The notes beneath the pieces were generated by a model. It ran no database searches and was not told the DNA's origin. It saw nothing but the letters and a program-made list of their open reading frames with translations. A stretch of 64,000 nt of DNA, taken from NCBI GenBank assembly GCA_963755715.1, contig CAVWLW010000052.1, positions 1 to 64,000 of the forward strand, in the 5' to 3' direction. Position numbers and translations under genes: made by a program. This document shows, one piece after another, positions 21,286 to 29,465 of the stretch (its first letter is position 1; every line of letters begins with the position of its first letter). Source of the stretch: an uncultured delta proteobacterium. GTDB taxonomy: Bacteria; Desulfobacterota; Binatia; UBA9968.

Positions 21286-21376
21286 TGACTTTTTTCCCGC
21301 GCGGCGTATGGCTTGCCCAGGCAAATTGGCGATAACAGAAATGGCAATGCCCTCCTGATGGCGCCAACAGTGCTGG

Positions 21377-21634
21377 TTAGGCCCATACTTTAGTTCGACC
21401 GAAGCCGCGCCGCGCTCGGCGCGTTGAGCCCTTGCCCTCGACGAGCTTTACGGGGGCCAGTGTGCGCGCAAGACGTACCCGATGTGAATCGAAGATGCGC
21501 TTGAAAACCGCCAGCACCAAGGCGTCGTCTTTGGTCAGCTTAGTGAGTTCTTTCAGCACATCCATGAAGGTTGTCCTGATTGTCGCGCGCTTTAGACCAA
21601 CGGCCGATATTGCTGAAGATCGCTTCGCTTTCAT
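21377..21634 (-). CDS. Small basic hypothetical protein
   Basis: RBS GGAGGG; own promoter motif; core RTTFMDVLKELTKLTKDDALVLAVF. Confidence 0.7.
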   Translation of the reverse strand: MKAKRSSAISAVGLKRATIRTTFMDVLKELTKLTKDDALVLAVFKRIFDSHRVRLARTLAPVKLVEGKGSTRRARRGFGRTKVWA

Positions 21635-21666
21635 GGTAGCCCTCCGTGATGGCATCTGACGTATAG

Positions 21667-21696
21667 ATTAGATGCGCGGCCATCAAGAAAGGTTAC
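21667..21696 (-). promoter_or_regulatory. ECF-type promoter motif, copy 6
   Basis: GTAAC-N16-GCATCTAAT. Confidence 0.65.
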
Positions 21697-21937
21697 AGGA
21701 ATTTTAAAAGATCTTAACAAGTCAGCTTGGAGCTTATCCGCGGTGATCCCTGGACAATGTCATCCAGATCATCTGGCGGCGGCTCAATAGAAGCGCGCGT
21801 TGCCCGAGACGGCGATTTGAGCTGCACGCGCGCCTCAGCGCTCAAACCGCAGTGAACCGGCTAGAGAGGAAATCAGCCGCGGCGCCATTGCCTAGCGCTG
21901 CGGGGAATCGCCCGCGGCTGATTTGTCTCACCGAGCG

Positions 21938-22141
21938 TTACATGTCTCGCAAGGTTTCGGTTTCGTTGAATTTTCGGCTGGTTTTCAGGGCGCCGCCGCT
22001 GGCATGATCGCGAATAAGATCCAAGCGCGACTGAAACCAGGTACCGCGCGGCCAAGCCCAGTGTTGCTGGGGTAGGCGCTGCTCGTTGTAGTAACCCTGG
22101 TTGACCGGGCTCTGAGTAAAAATCGCTTCCCAATTAGTCAT
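21938..22141 (-). CDS. Small hypothetical protein (67 aa)
   Basis: RBS AAAGGGGG and an upstream promoter motif; no family recognised. Confidence 0.45.
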   Translation of the reverse strand: MTNWEAIFTQSPVNQGYYNEQRLPQQHWAWPRGTWFQSRLDLIRDHASGGALKTSRKFNETETLRDM

Positions 22142-22216
22142 CTAAATCCCCCCTTTATGTGGCAATTCTCTACGCTAGGGATACAAGCCCTAACTTGTCA
22201 AGATGTGCCCCTGGCG

Positions 22217-22246
22217 GTTAGACGGCGGCGGCCGATGAATCGTTGC
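22217..22246 (-). promoter_or_regulatory. ECF-type promoter motif, copy 7
   Basis: GCAAC-N16-CCGTCTAAC. Confidence 0.65.
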
Positions 22247-22264
22247 GCTCGAAGCGGAGGGTTT

Positions 22265-22576
22265 TCAAATCGCGAGCTGGGTTACGATGCAAAGCAGCAC
22301 TGCGCCCAGGCGCCGAATCCGCTTGCGTAGAAAGGTCAGGATATTGTCGCGCACGCTGGCGGGGAGATCGCTTTGTTGAACCGACTTCGTGACTGCCACA
22401 GTTTTTTTATAGGTGTTCAAAAAATTCATGCAATCCGGGCAAACGGCAAGGTGTTGCTCGAATTCGCGCTTAACGCTCGGACTGAGTTTGCCGGTTAGAT
22501 AGCCGAGAACCAAATCGGTCATTTGGCGACAAGTCTTGCTCGTCAAAGCTTTCGCAGATTGCTTGCGCTTTGCCAT
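22265..22576 (-). CDS. zf-HC2 (ZAS) anti-sigma factor
   Basis: TCRQMTDLVLGYLTGKL...HLAVCPDC; directly downstream of the ECF sigma. Confidence 0.88.
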   Translation of the reverse strand: MAKRKQSAKALTSKTCRQMTDLVLGYLTGKLSPSVKREFEQHLAVCPDCMNFLNTYKKTVAVTKSVQQSDLPASVRDNILTFLRKRIRRLGAVLLCIVTQLAI

Positions 22577-22584
22577 TAGGAAGC

Positions 22585-23355
22585 TCACGCCGCCGTGTAA
22601 CCGAGGTGTACGGCCATTTTTCCACGAAGAAACAAACGCGCCCGGTGCAGCCGGGTCTTGACCGCCGAGACGGTAAGGTCGAGCGCAACCGCGATTTCCT
22701 TATCGGACAGTCCTTCAAGATCGCTCAGCACGATGACACTCTTATCAATTGGTTTTAATTGATCCAAGGACTTGCCGAGCAACTGCTGGACCTCGCGTGT
22801 AGTGTATTTCTCGTCCAACGTGTCCGACCAATCCACTACGGGTCTAACCCTGTGATGGCCGTCCTTTTGAAACTTCGGCAGAAATTCTTCGTACTCAACC
22901 TCTTTGTTTTTTTTGCTCCGGCGGATTTTTCCCAAAGCGGCATTCACTGTCAGGCGATAGAGCCACGTGGAAAACTGTGAATTGCCCTGAAACGAATTTG
23001 CTTTGCGGTAAGCAATCCAAAAAACATCCTGAATCACTTCCTCGGTATCTCCGGGATCACCGAGAATACGCAGTGCGACGTTGTAGAGTTTCGCGGAATA
23101 GAGGTTAAAGATCGCTTCGAGCGCATCCTGGTCACCGGCCTTGAGACGTTCGATGAGTCGAGCGTCGTCTTGCGCGGATTTGCGCTGCCTCATCGCACGC
23201 TTCGGGGCCAGGGATTTCAGACTGAATGGTGGTGGGATTGCCGAGGCGGCGCAATTTGCCGCAGCGGGGCTCGGTGCCTTCAATGTTTCGAGTGCGGACA
23301 TAACCATCTCCTCTCCTCGAGTCGCCAAAACTTCCGGCTGTTCAAGACGCATCAT
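22585..23355 (-). CDS. ECF-family RNA polymerase sigma factor with N-terminal extension
   Basis: Region 2: DTEEVIQDVF...FQGNSQFSTWLYRLTVN. Region 4: LSDLEGLSDKEIA...AVKTRLHRAR. Confidence 0.95.
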   Translation of the reverse strand: MMRLEQPEVLATRGEEMVMSALETLKAPSPAAANCAASAIPPPFSLKSLAPKRAMRQRKSAQDDARLIERLKAGDQDALEAIFNLYSAKLYNVALRILGDPGDTEEVIQDVFWIAYRKANSFQGNSQFSTWLYRLTVNAALGKIRRSKKNKEVEYEEFLPKFQKDGHHRVRPVVDWSDTLDEKYTTREVQQLLGKSLDQLKPIDKSVIVLSDLEGLSDKEIAVALDLTVSAVKTRLHRARLFLRGKMAVHLGYTAA

Positions 23356-23356
23356 T

Positions 23357-23633
23357 TCAGTCGGTCCTTTCCACTGTATCTAAGAGCGCGGTAATGAAGG
23401 GTGAGCAGTTAATAATTCGCAGAGTCTCTCCTTTGAATCCTTGCGAGCTTAGCCGCGGGTTCATCATTCATGAAACTCACGCCCGCCATATCTAGGATAA
23501 TCATCGGTGGTTTGCCCTGATGGTAACGAGAAAACGCTTTGTCGAGTTCCGCGTACGACTCGGTTGTTAAGCTGCCGTCCAGGCGCAATCGAATCACGTC
23601 GCCATTTTCTAAATTTTCTGTGATTCTCAGCAT
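23357..23633 (-). CDS. STAS-domain small protein (1-nt frameshift)
   Basis: MLRITE..IRLRLDGSLT...IILDMAGVSFMND. Removing one base continues ETLRIINCSPFITALL to a stop 1 nt before the sigma start. Confidence 0.8.
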
Positions 23634-23667
23634 GTCTCTTCGCTCCCCTGGATGTGAATGCTTTAAC

Positions 23668-23683
23668 GCAGAGTTTATGCCAG
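23668..23683 (-). promoter_or_regulatory. Sigma-54 (-24/-12) promoter for the STAS-ECF-antisigma operon
   Basis: Minus strand CTGGCATAAACTCTGC (GG-N10-GC), 34 nt before the STAS ATG. Confidence 0.7.
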
Positions 23684-23732
23684 CTCTCAACTACCTAAAT
23701 TATTGGTATTTTTGATGTCGGAGCAATTTGCG

Positions 23733-23780
23733 GCGCGATATTTCGTTGCGATATTTCGCAACAGTTGTGAAATATCGCAA
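23733..23780. promoter_or_regulatory. Tandem palindromic enhancer (UAS) sites
   Basis: TTGCGA-TATT-TCGCAA (23746-23761), TTGTGA-AATA-TCGCAA (23765-23780) and a partial third copy GCGCGATATTTCG. Confidence 0.7.
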
Positions 23781-23823
23781 TTGGACGTATGAATTGAGAT
23801 TATCTAAGTGCGAAGAGGTCAGC

Positions 23824-26397
23824 GTGCAAAATCAGCGCAATATTGAGGCGAGCGGCGGCGATGAAATCTTGTACCACATCACCGACGGCATCGCCGGCGC
23901 CATCGGCGAAGAATTTTTTCGCTCGTTGATTCGCCATTTGGCCGACGCCTTACAGGTTCGCTATTCGTTTGTCACGGAATGCACCGACGAAACGCGAACA
24001 CGCGTTCGCGCCCTCGCTTTTTGGGACGGCGCCGGCTTCGCCCAAGACATCGAGTACTCACTGCGCGGCACACCCTGCGAAAAAGTCATCGAGGGAGAGG
24101 TCTGCGCTTATCCGGAGCGGCTGCAATTATTATTTCCCGCGGACAAAGATTTGGTCACTCTCGGCGCGGAGAGTTTTGCCGGCGTGCCACTGCCGAATTA
24201 TCAAGGCAAAGTGCTGGGACACCTCGTGGTGATGGACACTAGGCACCGAGTTTTTGATGAGACGGAGCTTCGGATACTTCGCATATTTGCGACCAGGGCC
24301 AGTGCTGAACTGGAACGCATGCGGACCGACCGCGAGGTCAACCTGCTCAATGCGGAACTGAGCACGCTTCTCGACATTAACCGCGCGGTCGGCCGTCATT
24401 TACACCGGGATAGTTTGTTTGGCGCGCTTGCCGAATGTCTAAAGACGCTGGTCCCGACGGAACGGTTCGGCATCGAACTGCCTCTCGATGGTGGTCAACT
24501 GCAGGGACATATCTTGTCGACAATTCCGGCGGGTGGCGCGCCGACACAAACCACCCTATTGCCGGCTGCCGGTACTGCCTGCGACTGGGTGTTAAGCAAT
24601 CGGGTCTGGTTCATCGCCGGCTGCCGCGACGAATTCCGCGAGCGCTTTCCAGTGACTCATGAGGTAATGGCCGGCGACGGCATGGAGTCTTTGTGCGCGC
24701 TGCCGATGGTCAGCGGTGAACGCGCCCTGGGCGCGCTCTTTTTCATGGCGGCCGAGAGAGACGCCTACGGACATTTGCGCCGGGAGTTTCTCGAGCAAGT
24801 CGCCAACCAAGTCGCGATCGCCGTGGCCAACATGAATGCCTACGAAGAGATTGCGGCGCTCAATGCAAGCATCGCGGCGGCGGCAGCGCGCCGGCGCACA
24901 ATCCTCGACATCAATAATGCGATTGTCACCAAGCTGACGCGCGACGAGCTATTGACCGCGGTGGGCGAAGCGTTGGCGCGGGTCATAGCGTTCGATCGTC
25001 TGGCGCTGTCGCTTTATGAACCCAAAGAAAATTGTCTCAGGATTTTGAGCTACGCGGGACCTTACCAGCGGGATGATTACACGCCGATCGGCCGCCGGCT
25101 CAAGCTGGACGACAGCCCGGCGGGACTCGCGTTCGCGACGCGCCAGCCGATTTTGCGCCGCGATCTAGAACGCGAGCGGCTGACCAGTTCTGAGGAGCGG
25201 GCCTACGGACATGGGTTTCGCTCGATCTGCGCCGTGCCCCTAGTCGTGCGTGGGCTGAGCATCGGCGGGCTCACCGTCGGTAGCCTCACACGCGAACAGT
25301 ACTCCGAAGCAGACGCTGATTTCCTAATGGAAATGGCGAGTCAGATCGCTATCGCCGTCGACAATATGAGAGTCCACGAAGAAGTGGAATCGTTAAAAGC
25401 ACGCTTCGAGGCCGAGGCGGTTTATCTTCAGGAAGAAATCAAAACCGAGCACAACTTCGAAGAAATTATCGGCCAAAGCGCGCCGATCCGCCAGCTATTG
25501 AAGAAGCTCGAACAGGTGGCGCCGACGGACGCCACCGTCCTGATTCACGGCGAAACCGGCACCGGCAAGGAACTTCTAGCGCGGGCGGTGCACGACCGTA
25601 GCCGGCGTAAAAATCGAGCGCTGGTCAAAGTGAATTGCGGATCGATTCCCTCCGGCTTGGTCGAAAGCGAGCTGTTTGGCCATGAGCGCGGCGCGTTTAC
25701 CGGCGCGACGCAGCAGCGCATCGGTCGATTCGAGCTGGCGAACGGTGGAACGATCTTTCTCGACGAAGTGACCGAGCTGCCACTCGATACCCAGGTTAAA
25801 CTCTTGCGCGTGCTCCAAGAAGGCGAGTTCGAGCGGGTCGGCAGCAGCCGCACGATCAAAGTCGACGTGCGCGTGATCGCCGCAACGAATCGAAATTTGC
25901 AGGAAGTGGTTAGGAATGGCTCTTTTCGCGCTGATTTGTTTTATCGCTTGAACGTTTTTCCGCTCGAGGTGCCGGCACTACGCGAGCGGCGCGAGGATAT
26001 CCCGCTATTGGTCAACTTTTTTCTCAGTCGGTTCGGCAAAAACCTGGGTAAAGAGGTTCGCGGCGTGTCGCAGAAATCGATGGAGAACCTAACTAAATAC
26101 GCCTGGCCGGGCAACATCCGCGAGTTGCAAAACGTCATCGAACGCGCCGTGGTCCTGGCCAAAGGGCCGATCGTAGGGATCGACGACTCTATGCTGCGCG
26201 CCGATGAAACCGTCGATGACTCGTCATTTATCGATAATTTGGAAAACGTTGAACGCCAACACATCATCCGGGCGCTGTCGGAAACCCGTTGGGTGATTCA
26301 TGGCAAGAAGGGTGCGGCGGAGATTCTCGGCATTAACCCGAGCACGCTGCGCTCGCGGATGGATAAGCTGGGAATAAAAAAATCCCAGACCGCTTAG
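23824..26397 (+). CDS. FhlA-like sigma54-dependent activator (3 GAF + AAA+ + Fis HTH)
   Basis: GETGTGKE, ESELFGHERGAFTGA, FLDEV, WPGNIREL, GAAEILGINPSTLRSRM; three GAF-like segments. Likely start GTG 23824. Confidence 0.93.
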   Translation: MQNQRNIEASGGDEILYHITDGIAGAIGEEFFRSLIRHLADALQVRYSFVTECTDETRTRVRALAFWDGAGFAQDIEYSLRGTPCEKVIEGEVCAYPERLQLLFPADKDLVTLGAESFAGVPLPNYQGKVLGHLVVMDTRHRVFDETELRILRIFATRASAELERMRTDREVNLLNAELSTLLDINRAVGRHLHRDSLFGALAECLKTLVPTERFGIELPLDGGQLQGHILSTIPAGGAPTQTTLLPAAGTACDWVLSNRVWFIAGCRDEFRERFPVTHEVMAGDGMESLCALPMVSGERALGALFFMAAERDAYGHLRREFLEQVANQVAIAVANMNAYEEIAALNASIAAAAARRRTILDINNAIVTKLTRDELLTAVGEALARVIAFDRLALSLYEPKENCLRILSYAGPYQRDDYTPIGRRLKLDDSPAGLAFATRQPILRRDLERERLTSSEERAYGHGFRSICAVPLVVRGLSIGGLTVGSLTREQYSEADADFLMEMASQIAIAVDNMRVHEEVESLKARFEAEAVYLQEEIKTEHNFEEIIGQSAPIRQLLKKLEQVAPTDATVLIHGETGTGKELLARAVHDRSRRKNRALVKVNCGSIPSGLVESELFGHERGAFTGATQQRIGRFELANGGTIFLDEVTELPLDTQVKLLRVLQEGEFERVGSSRTIKVDVRVIAATNRNLQEVVRNGSFRADLFYRLNVFPLEVPALRERREDIPLLVNFFLSRFGKNLGKEVRGVSQKSMENLTKYAWPGNIRELQNVIERAVVLAKGPIVGIDDSMLRADETVDDSSFIDNLENVERQHIIRALSETRWVIHGKKGAAEILGINPSTLRSRMDKLGIKKSQTA

Positions 26398-27086
26398 CTG
26401 ATTTCCTGCGCACGCGCAACGGCGGACTTGCGCGCGACGGCGGCGGGTTTGCGCTTGGCCCATTTCATCGCAACTCGGTAACCCAACAAGAGCGCCAAGA
26501 CGAAGCCGTATTGTGCCGGCCGGCGAATGTCCGCTTTCACCAGCCAATAAAAATGAATCACTCCAGCGATGGCGGCGACATAAACCAGGCGGTGCAATTG
26601 CTGCCAACGTTTGCCCAGGCGGCGAATCATCGCGGCAGTCGAAGTGAGCGCGAGCGGGAGCATCATCATCAGAGCGGTAAATCCGGCGGTGACGTACGGC
26701 CGCTTGAGAATGTCCTTGCCGATCGCCGGCCAATTGAAAAAATGGTCGAGCACCAAGTACGTCGCGAAGTGGCTGAGCGCATAAGAGAACGCAAACAGTC
26801 CGAGCATGCGGCGGAACTTGATCACCTCGTTCCAGCCGGTAATTCTCCGCAGCGGTGTTACGGCCAGGCACGTCAGCAAAAAGATCAGCGCCCACGAGCC
26901 GGTGAATCGAGTGATCGTATCGATCGGATTGACGCCGAGATCTCCGGTGTAGGCTCGGTAGGCGAGTTGCCCGAACGGGATCAGGCAGGCGATGAAAAGT
27001 AAAAAATGGAGAATGGAAAATGGAGAATGGAGAATTCGTCCGGCCCGAGTCATTTTCCATTCTCCATTATTCATTTTCCATTTCAT
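26394..27086 (-). CDS. msrQ: Methionine sulfoxide reductase heme-binding subunit
   Basis: TGSWAL..LAVTPLR..RRMLGL..Y..H..KRPY..LALTS..WQQLHRLVY..IHFYW; ATG overlaps the msrP stop. Confidence 0.92.
   Translation of the reverse strand: MKWKMNNGEWKMTRAGRILHSPFSILHFLLFIACLIPFGQLAYRAYTGDLGVNPIDTITRFTGSWALIFLLTCLAVTPLRRITGWNEVIKFRRMLGLFAFSYALSHFATYLVLDHFFNWPAIGKDILKRPYVTAGFTALMMMLPLALTSTAAMIRRLGKRWQQLHRLVYVAAIAGVIHFYWLVKADIRRPAQYGFVLALLLGYRVAMKWAKRKPAAVARKSAVARAQEIS
27005..27084. repeat. Heptamer tandem repeats in inverted arrangement inside the msrQ 5' end
   Basis: About four (AATGGAG/AATGGAA) units, a spacer, then about four (TTCTCCA/TTTTCCA) units. Confidence 0.85.
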
Positions 27087-28060
27087 CAGTAGTATTTTTT
27101 TAAGTCCATGCCTTTGTACAGGCTCGCCACTTGTTCGCCGTAGCCGTTGAACATGAGAGTCTTGCGGCGCAAAAATTCGCCGATGCGCCGCTCGGTGGCT
27201 TGACTCCAGCGCGGATGGTCGACTTCGGGATTGACGTTGGAATAGAAGCCGTACTCTTGCGGTTGCATCGTGTTCCACGCGGTCTTGGGTTGCGTCTCGA
27301 CAAAGCGCACTTTGACGATCGACTTGATGCTTTTGAAGCCATATTTCCACGGCACGACCATACGGATCGGCGCGCCGTTCTGCGCCGGCAAAATTTCGCC
27401 GTAAAGACCGACTGACAAAATAGCTAATGGATGCATCGCTTCATCCATGCGCAGCCCTTCGACGTAGGGCCAATCGAGCACGTTGCCGAAGATGCCGGGT
27501 TTCTGGCCGGGCATGCGCTTGGGATCCTGCAGCGTGACGAACTGAATGAACTTGGCGTTGTTGGTCGGCTCGACTTGCTTGATCAACGCGCTGAGTGGAA
27601 AGCCGACCCAGGGAATGACCATCGACCAGGCTTCGACGCAGCGCAGCCGATAGATCCGCTCCTCGAGCGGGGCTAATTTCATCAGGGCGTCGATGTCGAA
27701 TGTTTTGGGTTTTTTGACTTCGCCTTCGACCGCCACCGTCCAAGGACGCGTGGTCAAATATTTAGCATTCTCCGCCGGGTCGCCTTTGTCGATGCCGAGC
27801 TCGTAGAAGTTGTTGTACGAAGTGATGTCTTTGAAGGAATTTTGCTTTTCATCGATGCTATAAGAGCTTTTTTTGACGTTGGCCAATTTTTCGCCGGCGT
27901 ATGCTCGGCCGGACGGTCGTAAGATATCGAGGCCGGCGAGCGCTGCGCCGGCGGTTATTAGCCCGGCAGATGCTGAAGTCATGAATTGTCGCCGGTTCAA
28001 GTAGATCTCTTTCGGCGTGATCTCCGATGACTTAATATCCGCTGGCTTTTTGATCAGCAT
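27086..28060 (-). CDS. msrP: Methionine sulfoxide reductase catalytic molybdoprotein
   Basis: SSEITP..YLNRRQF Tat signal, [41 protein letters not shown]. Confidence 0.96.
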   Translation of the reverse strand: MLIKKPADIKSSEITPKEIYLNRRQFMTSASAGLITAGAALAGLDILRPSGRAYAGEKLANVKKSSYSIDEKQNSFKDITSYNNFYELGIDKGDPAENAKYLTTRPWTVAVEGEVKKPKTFDIDALMKLAPLEERIYRLRCVEAWSMVIPWVGFPLSALIKQVEPTNNAKFIQFVTLQDPKRMPGQKPGIFGNVLDWPYVEGLRMDEAMHPLAILSVGLYGEILPAQNGAPIRMVVPWKYGFKSIKSIVKVRFVETQPKTAWNTMQPQEYGFYSNVNPEVDHPRWSQATERRIGEFLRRKTLMFNGYGEQVASLYKGMDLKKYY

Positions 28061-28279
28061 GGTTTGCTGGTCCTCCTGGACTGAATAGTACGCATGGCCG
28101 CCGACAAAAGATTTCTCGTCAACTTCCCGCGGCAAGCAGTTGGTTGATCGGCGGTCGGGTTTCACACCTTAATTCTAGCGAATTATGCCCTTTTTATCGA
28201 TCAGGGCAATGATCAGTCATACTCAGGTTCAGCGGCGCTACACTACCAGGTATGCAGTCATTAATTTCACCAAACAACT

Positions 28280-28309
28280 TTTAGATGCCTGACGACAGCT
28301 TTAAGTTGC
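28280..28309 (-). promoter_or_regulatory. ECF-type promoter motif, copy 8 (upstream of msrPQ)
   Basis: GCAAC-N16-GCATCTAAA. Confidence 0.6.
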
Positions 28310-28353
28310 TTGGTTTCAGAGGATAAAACAGAAAAAGCGTGTCGAATTGAGGC

Positions 28354-28389
28354 AAAACGAATATCGGGGAGGCTAGACTCCCCGATATT
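28354..28389 (-). terminator. Intrinsic terminator candidate
   Basis: 12-bp stem AATATCGGGGAG/CTCCCCGATATT right after the 28400 stop, followed by CGTTTT on the minus strand. Confidence 0.65.
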
Positions 28390-28399
28390 TACTGGCGGT

Positions 28400-28612
28400 T
28401 TAGTGGAGGTGCTGAGAGGGGGAAGTTGCAGCTTCAAAATCCTTATCTAAATCGAATGTGTGTGCGGAATTCTTGATAATTTCGATTAACGCGAAGCGGG
28501 CCAAGTTGTAGGCTTCCCGGTCATTATCCGAATGTTCGAACGCCACCTCGCCGGCTGCCGCGATGAGGTCGCTCAGGGTGGTATCCAGCTTTCGCCGGTG
28601 CGCTTTTTCCAT
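28400..28612 (-). CDS. Small hypothetical protein
   Basis: RBS AAGGAG, own promoter motif and terminator; KLDTTLSDLIAAAGEVAFEHSDNDREAYNLA. Confidence 0.75.
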   Translation of the reverse strand: MEKAHRRKLDTTLSDLIAAAGEVAFEHSDNDREAYNLARFALIEIIKNSAHTFDLDKDFEAATSPSQHLH

Positions 28613-28660
28613 AGAATTTTTAGCTCCTTTCACAGCTTTGCACCTAACTGCTTCTGATTA

Positions 28661-28689
28661 ATTAGACGCTGGGCAGAGCAAAATGATGT
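28661..28689 (-). promoter_or_regulatory. ECF-type promoter motif, copy 9
   Basis: ACATC-N15-GCGTCTAAT. Confidence 0.55.
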
Positions 28690-28703
28690 ATTGAACCGTC
28701 GAC

Positions 28704-29465
28704 CTATTCCTCGGCAGGCAGTTCTGGCGCCGTTTCCTCCACTTTTTGAAACAGCGGCGCTTGCTTAGCGCGCTGATATTCCTCGTTGCTGATGTAACCG
28801 ACGCTAGCGAGACGGCCAAGGATCAAATTTCTTCGGCTCAGGATGTTCCGTTCTTTCGAGGTGCGCGGGCTGGGCACTAGGGCGGCGAGTGTCGCGGCCT
28901 CAAGCGGATCGAGAGCGGCCGCAGATTTACCGAAATAAAACCGCGCCGCGGCTTCGGCGCCATAAACGTTGCGCCCCCATTCGACGACGTTCAGATAAAT
29001 CTCGAAAATCCGCTGTTTCGATAACGCTTGCTCGAGTTGTCTGGCGATGATGATTTCTTTCACCTTGCGCAGCGGATTTTTTGATGGATTCAAATAAAGA
29101 TTTTTGGCGAGCTGCATGGTGATGGTGCTGCCGCCGCGGTTAAAACTCATAGTCTCCCAGTCTTTTTTCAGCGCGGCTTTGAGCTCGTCGAGGTCGATGC
29201 CCTTGTGGCTAAAAAATGCGGCGTCTTCATTGATCAGGACGGCTTTCTTCAGATTTTCCGAGATCGCGCCATAGGTCACCCAGTTTTGCCGGCGCGGTGC
29301 GCGGATCGCTTTTTTTCGATATTCCTCGTCGCGCAACTCCATCAGGGCCGAGCTCTTGGGATTGCGTTGCTTCAGAACCGACACGTCGGGAAGCGTGTGA
29401 TAGACGTAAAAACAAACACTGACGACGATCGTAACCAAGAGACTTTTAAGCAGAACGCGTTTCAT
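28704..29465 (-). CDS. mtgA: Monofunctional peptidoglycan transglycosylase
   Basis: EDAAFFSHKGID, RGGSTITMQLAKNL, RKVKE, KQRIFEIYLN. Confidence 0.92.
   Translation of the reverse strand: MKRVLLKSLLVTIVVSVCFYVYHTLPDVSVLKQRNPKSSALMELRDEEYRKKAIRAPRRQNWVTYGAISENLKKAVLINEDAAFFSHKGIDLDELKAALKKDWETMSFNRGGSTITMQLAKNLYLNPSKNPLRKVKEIIIARQLEQALSKQRIFEIYLNVVEWGRNVYGAEAAARFYFGKSAAALDPLEAATLAALVPSPRTSKERNILSRRNLILGRLASVGYISNEEYQRAKQAPLFQKVEETAPELPAEE

Noticed and set aside
23728-23823. N-terminal extension of the activator given by the ORF track
   Set aside because: It overlaps the palindromic UAS; GTG 23824 has a better RBS. Similar over-extended starts were trimmed for msrQ, asnS, the PhnD-like protein, comE and the nucleotidyltransferase.
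14806-28689. The dispersed ATTAGATGC repeats as a degenerate CRISPR array or transposon ends
   Set aside because: Copies are hundreds to thousands of bases apart, bipartite with a variable centre and always upstream of genes; no cas or transposase genes are present.
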